A stretch of 64,000 bases of DNA from Marsupella aquatica (taxonomy: Eukaryota; Plantae; Marchantiophyta), in assembly GCA_973895155.1 (NCBI GenBank), contig OZ316897.1, positions 21,046,260 to 21,110,259 on the forward strand, written 5' to 3'. Positions 54,621 to 64,000 of the stretch are shown in pieces. Both the position numbers and the translations under genes were made by a program. Under the pieces are notes generated by a model. That model did not search any database. It was given only the letters and a program-made list of their open reading frames with translations, and was not told where the DNA came from. Positions within the stretch are counted from its first letter, which is position 1, and every line of letters starts with the position of its first letter.

Positions 54621-56205
54621 CCCGATATAATCTATGTAGTCAAGGTTCAGTGTAACTTTTATGATGGGAAGTCTTAAACCACCACTGTACACTGGGTTAG
54701 GGGAATACAAAATAGAGCATTTTTTACTGTTGGGAGTCCATTTTTGGTTTATTTTAGTAACCTGGATCCACCAGGTTTTGCTTTGGGGGCAGTGGTGCTA
54801 TAAGCCGGCAACACCAGTGGAGAGATAGATTGTTACATTGAAGGCACTTTTGGGGGCTAGGTTATAGGAATCTAGTCGGCTTCATAGTGGCCTCCCGCAG
54901 GAATGCTCTGGGTACATTCAATACCTGGTCTGACAACGTCCTATATTTAATTCTATTTAATTCACACTGTACTTTAGGGGCTAATTGAAAAGCAGCCCCA
55001 ACAATAACGGGATAACAAAACCCTAAACAGCAGATCTCAACATTTTGACAGCTGTAGATTGAGGTCTTGAAAAAACAACAACCAACCCACTAAGGAGTCA
55101 ATTACTGTATAATCTCTCCCATATACAGATCCAGTAACCAAAAACCCTGTTTCCTGAAATCCAGAAAGTGTTCCAATGAGTGGCTTAGAAATGACTTTTT
55201 AGATTTTCTTTAGTGGGTTTGCTCAACACCCACTTAGAGTAACAAAACCCAGTTGGGTTGGATGCTCTTCCAGTAGTTGCATGGGAGTGTCACAATAACT
55301 TGGGCTAGCAAACTACCCTGAGGTATGCTTCCCCTGCAAGGGCTTCACCATAGTCCAATAACTTATTTCCCAACATCTTATAGATCAGATGTGCATAGGG
55401 CCATTTTTTCTAGTTTATAGCTCTCTGAAATTCTCCTTGGGACCAAACCTATGCTTGGGTCATTAATGGCCAGTTTCCCACCAAGTCGCAGGGCCCGTAA
55501 CCAAAATCTGATGGCTCTCCTTAAATCTGTGTACATCTAAGAAATTTAAGTAAAGAATATTCTTAACATATTAAAGTTATCCCTAATGTAAAGGGGCCAA
55601 AACCAGGGGCAGATTACCAATTTGGTATTTTACATGTGTTCCTTAATTCCAAAAGTTCCCTTGTAGAAGAAATGTTAGCAAATAAGCAGGTGACTTAAGA
55701 GGTTCACTTTATCAGCTAGCAATCTTGGGAAGCTGCTCAATCTCAAGAAGAGCTCGCAGCAGAGTGATGGAGCTTGAGCAAAGGCAGCTCTCAGCTATAG
55801 AAAGAAGCAGCTCGTAGCCTGGTGATTGTCAGCAGCTTGTAGCAATGGTTGGTCCTGAGCTTGCAGCGATGGAGGGCGCAAGCTTGCAGCAATGGAGGCA
55901 AAAACGTTGGGCCTCAGAAAAAATCCAGCAGCTCGCAGTGATGGAGGGCCTCACAGCCATGCAGAACGAACGTTGGGCCTGGGGCAAAGGAGGAAGAAAA
56001 ATGTCTGGGCTAGGGCAGCGGGAGGAAAAATGTTGGGCCTTGGCCTAACTCCCGGTGAGAAAGGCCCTACACTGTTGGGGAGACAAAAAACGGGTTTGAC
56101 CCTTTACTAGAAGTTTGGAATAAAACTAACTCGCCCAGTAATTTTCAATAAAGTGGTTACCACTAGTCCTTAATCATGGACTTTACAGATAACTTTATTG
56201 AATAA

Positions 56206-57973
56206 CTAGCTCAATACCCGTGCGTTGCACAAAAGATGTCGTGTCGCCCAAAATGTCGTGTTCTCTAAGATGCCGTTAAGACAAAAAGATGTTGTGTCGC
56301 CCAAGATGTCGTTAAGAACAAATATGTTGTGTCGCCCAAGATGCCGTTAAGAAAAAAAGATGTGATGTCGCCCAAGATGTCGTTAAGAAAGAAAATGTAA
56401 TGTCGCCCAACTGAAGATGTCATGAACAAAAAAAATATCGTGTCACCCAAGATGTTGTTGAGAACAAAAATGTTGTGACACCCAAGATGTACTTAAGAAA
56501 AATGATATTGTGTCACCCAAGATGTTGTGTCACCCAATATGTCCTTAAGAAAAGAAATGTCATGTTGCCCAAGGTGTCGTTAAGAGAAAAGTTGTCGTTA
56601 AGTAAAAAAGATGTTGTTAAGACAAAAGTTGCACAAAAGATGGTGTGGTGAGAAAAATATGTTGAGGTGAAAATAGATGTTGAGGTAAGAAAAAGAAGTT
56701 GAAGTGAGAAAAAGAAGTGGAGGTGAGAAAAAGATGTCGAGGTGAACAAAGATGTTGATGAGAAAAAGAGATGTTGAGGTAAGAAAAAGATGTAAAGCAA
56801 AAACTATGTCAAGGAGAGCAAAGATGGCGATGTGAGAAAAATATGTGAAGATGACGAAAAGATGTTGAGGGTGAGGGAAAGATGTTGTGATGAGATAAAA
56901 ATTAGTGTGAAGTCGAGAAATAGATCAGATTTCGAGGTGAAAACAAATGTCACTATGACAACAATAGATGTTGAGGTGAGACAAAGAAGTCAAGGTGATG
57001 TTGAGGAGAGAAAAAACATGGCGAGGTGAGAAAATGACATTGAGGAGAGAACATATGTCGAAGGTGAGGGAAAGATGTTGTGGTGAGATAATGATGTCAA
57101 AGTGAAAAAAGATGTCAAGTCAGGTGAGAAAATATATCAAGGACCTAAACAATGTTGAGGGTGAGAAAAAATTGTCATGAGATAAAAATGTCAATGTCAT
57201 AAAAAATGGCGAGATGAGAAAAATATGTCAAGGCAAGGTAGAGTTGTTGTGGTGGTGTGCGACAACTCGTGCACTGCACATAGAAATTGGAGGCTGAGAT
57301 AATAGTCACCGCAACATAGAGTCTAAGCACAACCAAATGATAGAAAAAAATATTTTTTATTATAAAATTTTAGAGAAATTAATATCATATATATACATTA
57401 TTAATACTCAAGTTTTTTCAAAACTTTAAATTTATTATCCAATTCTTTAAGCCTCAATTTTAATAATTAGTTTTTAATAATATTCTATTTTTTTATTTTA
57501 GTTGGGTTTGGGTAGGTTATGGGTAGCTTGGGCAGAGGTAATCCAGATTAATAGAGATATGGATGGATCCTACATTTACAGAAAAACAAATTTTTACTTA
57601 AGACCTAGGATTGTTCCCATTTTTTCTTGAGTTTGTAAATAATATCGTATCCATTTTTAGAGGATATGGTATATCACTTATGATACTCTTGCATACAATT
57701 GGGTTAGGTACGTTTTTGTCGTTTGTCCCCACCATTAGATTCTTTTTTGTGTGAAAAGTGCATGCAACAGGGTTAGTTACATTTTTTGTTTTTTGTGTCC
57801 ACCAATTGATTACTGGTTGTGTGAGAAGATTTACTGTACTTTTTGGTTCACACTATATTTAATTTGCTTTTGGTTTTATCCCTTCTGTTTATTGGTTACT
57901 TTTTTTCTTGGCACTGTATTTTTGAATGACGACCACTGCATAAAAAGGCGCAACCTTGTATTATAGTTCTTGA
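56206..57973 (-). mobile_element. Complete non-autonomous Helitron (1,768 bp)
   Basis: On the minus strand: host A, then 5' TC at 57973; 3' hairpin GTGCAACGCAC and CTAG at 56206, then host T. No TSD. Internal 30-bp and ~18-bp arrays. Removing it rejoins a host tandem duplication. Confidence 0.85.
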
Positions 57974-58871
57974 TTTTCAATAAAGTGGTTACCAGTAGCC
58001 CTTAATCATGGACTTTAATCATACAGATAACTTTATTCACGCACGGTAACATTTGCTGTTATATTCACAGGCCCATTAGTCACAATCTGATGGCTCTCCT
58101 TGATCTATGGAAATCTAAGGGTCACCAATGCGTCTAAGAAATTTACATAAAGAATACACTTAGCATGTCGGTCTTGATCGCACAAGGTGACATTCACCAC
58201 CATGGCGGATTTTAAGAATCCTTGAAAAACTCACCCTGTACGCTATGCTCGCGTTTCGTCAGTTGATTGCGTTTGCCTTCCTCTGCTTTCATCACAATGC
58301 AGTAATCCCGTGTACAAGGAGTTTGATGAAGGAGTATGTTGTTGTGGTAGCTGACGGAGAAGGGGACATCATTCTCCAGTCGCTAGCTGCCAGAGTCGCT
58401 ACTGGAGAGCACGAGCTGGTTGACTGAGGCGAAATGAGGACATGAGGCGATCAATGTCGAGCTGGTCTTCTTCTTCTTCTTCTTCTTCTTCTTGGATGAG
58501 TCTCACTAACGAGTTTATTCTACCAAGAAAAATCTTTCGACCAGCTATGGGTGCCCTTGTATTGAGCAAGGAAAGCGGATTAGCAATGAAGGGGTCGACC
58601 GTAGTGGGTTTAGAGCACTGTTCCTAGCCTTCGCTTCTATCGAAAGGGTTCCTTCTTGGAGGCGCTAAACAAGAGCAATTGCGCCAAAGTTTTTCAGAGG
58701 GCAATGTGCAGGAGGAGAAGTGATCCTGGAGAAGATACTGCCGCTGCCATGATTTTGGGGGTACCTCCAACTGTCACGTTGAGCTCAAATTCCTCTGCCC
58801 GGTTAAGATTTTTCCTCTCAAAATTGTACTGTTAAGCTCTCTATTCCCGGCACGGGAACGGAGCTGACTAG

Positions 58872-61800
58872 ATGGAAATTTTGGATATGGACCGTTTCAG
58901 GCAGCACTCCACAGCCAGAGTTTATCCTTCATCTTCCGGTGTGATTGGTATTGGCAACGACCATTGTTCTTGTACAAAGCCTTCGGATAGCCGTTACTCT
59001 CAATTGAAAAGGAGTCGTATAACTGTTACAAGTTACCTGTACCAAAGATCAGGGCAGAGCAAGGGAGATAAGAAAATACATGTTTGGATGGAGAGGAATC
59101 CCAGAGCACCTAAGTTCCATCATGAGATGACAAAGAAAGCACTTTGGGTAAATGGATGGTCAACTCCACCAGGGTTCAAGGCAATGGCGCATTTGATTAC
59201 TCAATGCAGATTGCAATCTCGTGTTAGTTATGGCACGAGAGATCGGTCTGAAGTCACCACACAAGATAATGGCAGTAGGCATATGCATGATGCTGGTACC
59301 ACAAGTGAAACAATTGCTATTTTGAAGGATGATCTACAACGAGGCATTCCTGTAGACAGATCGCAATCTCGTGTTAGTTATGGCACGAGAGATGGGTCTG
59401 AAGTCACTACACAAAGGAATGGCAGTAGGCACATTCATGATGCTGGTACCAAAAGTGACACGATTGCTATTTTGAAGGATCATCTACAACGAGGCATTCC
59501 TATAGACTCGTCCACATATGTTAAAGTTCTGCAAATGTGCTCGAAACAGAAAGACCTTTTAGCGGCCGCGGAGGTGCATGGCTACATCATTCAGAGTGGA
59601 ATGGACAAGAATCTATATGTGGCGGTAACCCTCCTGAATGTGTATATCAAATGTGGGGCATTGTTGGATGCACGTCGAGTTTTTGATCAACTTGAGAAGA
59701 AGAGTGTTATTACTTGGAACGCGATGATAGCTGGATGTGCTAACAGTGATCATGCTAAATCCGTACCGGAACTTTTCAAGCAAATGCGCCAAGAAGGGGT
59801 GCAACCTAATGAGATCACATATCTGAGCATCCTGAAGGCATGTGGCAACCCGTTAGCTCTAAAATGGGGAAAGGAAGTTCATGCGTGTATTCGACATGCT
59901 GGCTTTGAATCAGATGTGCGAGTAGGGTCTGCCCTCCTACAGATGTATGCAAAATGTGGCTGCATCACCGAGGCAAGGAACGTTTTTGAGAAGTTGACCA
60001 ATCGAAATGTAATTACATGGACTGTTATGATTCGAGCATATGCTGAACGTGGTCACGGTGTCGAAGCATATCGATTGTTTCTCCAAATGAGACATGAAGG
60101 CTTCGAACCCATCGTAGCCACTTATGTGAGCATCCTGAATGCTTCGGCAAGTGCGGGGGCTTTGGAGTGGGTGAAGGACGTTCATGGCCACGCTAGCAAA
60201 GTGGGACTGGAGTCGGATTTGCGTGTGGGCAGTGCATTGGTTCACATGTATGCAAAGGGTGGCAGTATAGATGACGCCCGAGTGGTTTTTGACAGAATGG
60301 ATAAACGCAATCTAGTCACATGGAATGTAATGATCGGTGGACTTGCACAACATGGATGTGGGCATGAAGCATATAAATTGTTCCTGCAAATGCGTCGTGA
60401 AGGTTTCGAACCAAATGCAATCACTTATGTTAGTATTCTCAATGCATCTGCAAGTGAGGGGGCTTTGGAATGGGTGAGGGAAGTTCATAGCCATGCTGGC
60501 AAAGCGGGACTGGAGTCAGATTTGCGTGTGGGCAGTGCACTGGTTCACATGTATGCAAAGAGTGGCAGTATAAATGAAGCCAAACTTGTTTTTGATATAA
60601 TGCTGAAACGCGATGTAGTCACATGGACTGTAATGATCGGTGGACTTGCACAACATGGATGTGGGCATGAAGCATACCGACTGTTTCTCCAAATGAGACG
60701 TGAAGGCTTCGAACCAAATGCAATTACTTATGCCAGTATTCTCAATGCATCTGCAAGTGAGGGGGCTTTGGAATGGGTGAAGGACGTCCATGTCCAAGCT
60801 AGCCAGGCGGGACTGGAGTCAGATTTGCGTGTGGGCAGTGCACTGGTTCACATGTATGCAGAGAGTGGCAGTATAGATGACGCCCGACTTGTTTTTGATA
60901 GAATGGAGAAACGCGATGTTGTCACATGGACTGTAATGATCGGTGGACTTGCACAACATGGACGTGGGCGTGAAGCATATCGACTTTTTCTCCAAATGAG
61001 CCGTGAAGGCTTCGAACCAGATGCATTCATATATGCTAGTATTCTCAGTGCATGTGCATGTGAGGGGGATTTGGAGTGGGCGAAGGACGTTCATTGCCAT
61101 GCTAGCAAAGCGGGACTGGAGTCAGATTTGCGTGTGGGCAATGCACTGATTCACATGTATGTAAAGAGTGGCAGTATAGATGATGCCCGACTTGTTTTTG
61201 ACAGAATGCAAAAACGCGATGTAGTCACATGGACTGTAATCATCGGTGGAGTTGCGCAACATGGATGTGGGCATGAAGCATATCGACTTTTTCTCCAAAT
61301 GAGATGTGAAGGCTTCGAACCAAACGCATTCACTTATGCCAGTATTCTCAATGCACCTGCAAGTGAGGGGGCTTTGGAATGGGTGAAGGACGTTCATTGC
61401 CATGCTAGCAAAGCGGGACTGGAGTCAGATTTGCGTGTGGGCAGTGCACTGGTTCACATGTATGCAAAGAGTGGCAGTATAGATGAAGCCCGACTTGTTT
61501 TTGACAGAATGGAGAAACGCGATGTAGTGGCATGGAATGTAATGATCGGTGGACTTGCACAACATGGATGTGGGAATGAAGCAATGGAACTCTTTAGAAA
61601 AATGACCGCAGACGGTGTAAAGCCCGACAGTTATTCATTCGTGGCAGTGCTGTCAGCCTGTTGTCACGGAGGCCTTGTTGATGATGGCCGTAGACTATTT
61701 TCAGCTATGACGCAAGATTATGCCATCGAGCCTCACATGGTGCATTATAACTGCATGGTGGATCTTCTTGGGCGGGCTGGACACTTGGAGGAAGCACTGC

Positions 61801-62447
61801 TCTTCATTAGTGACATGCCAGTTGAACCAGATGCAGTAACTTGGAAAGCCTTGCTTGGAGCTTGTAGAACTTACGGTCATGTGGAGGTGGGCGAACTTGC
61901 TGCTAAAGAGCTTCTGAAGTTTGAACCTAATGATGCCTCCTCATATGTGCTCCTCTCTAACATCTATGCTGCCGCTGGTAAGTGGGAGAAGGTGTCGTTG
62001 GTGCGAACCATGATGCAAAACAGAGGTGTTCGGAAGGAGCCAGGACGTAGCTGGATTGAAGTTGATAAGAAGATCCATAAATTTGTTGTAGGGGATAGAT
62101 CTCACCCAGAAGCGAAGGAAATATATACTGAGCTCAATAAATTGACTGCAAAACTGAAAGCTGAAGGCTACATTCCGGATACCCGACTTGTGTTGCATGA
62201 TATCAATGAGGAGGATAAAGAACTAGCTCTATGCTCTCATAGTGAGAAGTTGGCTATTACTTACGGACTTATGCATATACCCCGCGGAAAGCCCATTCGT
62301 GTATGGAAGAACCTTCGGGTCTGTTCAGATTGCCACACTGCAACCAAGTTTATCTCTAAGGTGACTGGACGCGAGATTGTAGCCAGGGATGCCAATCGCT
62401 TTCACCATTTTAAGGATGGCATATGTTCTTGTGGCGATTACTGGTGA
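58872..62447 (+). CDS. PLS-class PPR protein with E1/E2/DYW deaminase domain (organellar C-to-U editing factor, PG-box type), intronless, 23 PPR motifs
   Basis: 1191-aa ORF with regular L-S-P triplets, PGRSWIEV box, HSEKLA and CSDCH zinc ligands, and terminal DYW. The true start codon is uncertain. Confidence 0.97.
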   Translation: MEILDMDRFRQHSTARVYPSSSGVIGIGNDHCSCTKPSDSRYSQLKRSRITVTSYLYQRSGQSKGDKKIHVWMERNPRAPKFHHEMTKKALWVNGWSTPPGFKAMAHLITQCRLQSRVSYGTRDRSEVTTQDNGSRHMHDAGTTSETIAILKDDLQRGIPVDRSQSRVSYGTRDGSEVTTQRNGSRHIHDAGTKSDTIAILKDHLQRGIPIDSSTYVKVLQMCSKQKDLLAAAEVHGYIIQSGMDKNLYVAVTLLNVYIKCGALLDARRVFDQLEKKSVITWNAMIAGCANSDHAKSVPELFKQMRQEGVQPNEITYLSILKACGNPLALKWGKEVHACIRHAGFESDVRVGSALLQMYAKCGCITEARNVFEKLTNRNVITWTVMIRAYAERGHGVEAYRLFLQMRHEGFEPIVATYVSILNASASAGALEWVKDVHGHASKVGLESDLRVGSALVHMYAKGGSIDDARVVFDRMDKRNLVTWNVMIGGLAQHGCGHEAYKLFLQMRREGFEPNAITYVSILNASASEGALEWVREVHSHAGKAGLESDLRVGSALVHMYAKSGSINEAKLVFDIMLKRDVVTWTVMIGGLAQHGCGHEAYRLFLQMRREGFEPNAITYASILNASASEGALEWVKDVHVQASQAGLESDLRVGSALVHMYAESGSIDDARLVFDRMEKRDVVTWTVMIGGLAQHGRGREAYRLFLQMSREGFEPDAFIYASILSACACEGDLEWAKDVHCHASKAGLESDLRVGNALIHMYVKSGSIDDARLVFDRMQKRDVVTWTVIIGGVAQHGCGHEAYRLFLQMRCEGFEPNAFTYASILNAPASEGALEWVKDVHCHASKAGLESDLRVGSALVHMYAKSGSIDEARLVFDRMEKRDVVAWNVMIGGLAQHGCGNEAMELFRKMTADGVKPDSYSFVAVLSACCHGGLVDDGRRLFSAMTQDYAIEPHMVHYNCMVDLLGRAGHLEEALLFISDMPVEPDAVTWKALLGACRTYGHVEVGELAAKELLKFEPNDASSYVLLSNIYAAAGKWEKVSLVRTMMQNRGVRKEPGRSWIEVDKKIHKFVVGDRSHPEAKEIYTELNKLTAKLKAEGYIPDTRLVLHDINEEDKELALCSHSEKLAITYGLMHIPRGKPIRVWKNLRVCSDCHTATKFISKVTGREIVARDANRFHHFKDGICSCGDYW

Positions 62448-64000
62448 CCACATTGAGAGCTATGTTGCGCAGACAGCAGTGAGTACTGCAGCCCATATAT
62501 GTTCAGGTTTCCGTTGTTTGTTTGATGAAAAGCATACATTCAACAAGCATTATTTTCGAGAGGTTTTATTGCAGCCCTCGGCGATGGCAGTTCTATGACA
62601 GGAACTTGAGATTATGCAATTTGGCGTTGTAACTAGCCCTTGCCCAGGCTGAAAGACTGCTTCATCCATTCACCATTTTTGTGAGCAACGGGCAGTAAAA
62701 GCCATTTCCAATGCTTAAGGTACTCTCGCTGACAAATAATCGGGAATAAAATGGTATGTCACAGTGACTATTGACAAACCACAAATTTCTAGGTTCGTTG
62801 GCCAACCTAGAAAAGAAAAGCTATGTGAGTTGCTTCTTGACAGTCAAATCCACAGATATGGGAAATGAAGCTTTTGGCTGGATATAAGTACAAAGAAAAA
62901 TTCGATGACCCTTCCGAATTTCCTAGTCAGACTAGGACGCAAGGGTTTTGCAATATGCTCGCCAGTAGTTGCCTTGTCGTGGACATGGGCTTTTCATACT
63001 TTCAATGAAGCCAGGTGAAAACATCCACCGTGCAATTTCTCTGTTCATGTTTCACTCATCATGAATGAAAGTTTTCCTCCAAAAGAGACGGAATGAACAT
63101 ATTGTTATCTACTTGTGTGAGCTTTATTCAGGTGATTGACTACAGGTTTTTGTTCTGTTAAAAGTTTTAGTGTTTTGGGGCTTGAATGCTTTGCCTTTCG
63201 AATTTTGGCACAGTCGCCAATGTTAACCAATTGCTAACAGAGGGTGCTTAAGGGTCTATCTTAAGGGCTCTTCTCAAATTCAATTATTCTGAAATTACAC
63301 TGGGCTACAAGCTTAGGCTTGACTACATAGTATGTGTGATAAGGCCTAATGGATAAGGCCTGATGTTAGGATGTGGTAATTCATAACTTAATTAATGTGG
63401 CAAGCATAAACATCCAAATTTGTAAGGGAAGGTCCATTTTCACCTAGCTTTTGTGGGGTCTAGTATAAACTTACTAGCTTTTGCGGGGCCTCAGAAGCTG
63501 TTAGGTCCATCCAAGATGTATGTGTTTATACAATGTGGTCCATCACCTCATTTTGGCTGCTAATAATGAATTATTTGAAAGATGATTATTATTTTGCATT
63601 TTCATCAGAAAAGTTGCGCAACTAATATTTTGAAGCTCATATGGACACAAACATTGAGTTGGTGCACGGATGGACACACAAAACCCTGATGGACACAAAT
63701 GAAACATTTGAATATACTTGCGTAGCATGTTTAACACTTTTGTTCCAAGATGACATGTAAGCATGCTTTTGACTTGTAATAGAAGGTTTTCATTGGATTC
63801 CTATGGTATTCTGTCCATTTTAACAGAGAAATTCTGGACAAAAGGAAGAGGGGAACAGAATTGAAGGGTGACTGATATTTCTAAATAGGAAGAAGAAAAG
63901 AAAAACAGAGGCAATTTTGAATGATAACGAAAAGACAAAAAGGGTAAAAACAAAGATGGAATGTCAAAGGAGAAGAATGGAGGAATCAATTCCACTCAAA

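Noticed and set aside
59613-61403. Repeated antisense ORFs within the PPR gene
   Set aside because: Shadows of the 303-bp PLS repeats.

Overview
Eukaryotic plant nuclear DNA, most likely a moss or other bryophyte (inferred from the PPR motif style). Conserved genes: the 3' end of MAK16 (+), RPL10/uL16 (-), SEC1/KEULE (-), CWC22 (+, head-to-head with SEC1), and an intronless PLS-DYW PPR RNA-editing factor (+). A coiled-coil + RING gene (-) carries a single frameshift. The 7-29 kb interval is a gene-free transposon and repeat block. It holds two related TG...CA elements with perfect 5-bp target-site duplications (TSDs), apparently very long solo LTRs, and one of them contains a ~550-codon frameshifted ORF. 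It also holds a Helitron 3' end, a long-TIR MITE, a CACTA end and a ~180-bp satellite. A second, fully delimited Helitron of the same family lies at 56.2-58.0 kb. All exon and element boundaries were read by eye; no database searches were run.
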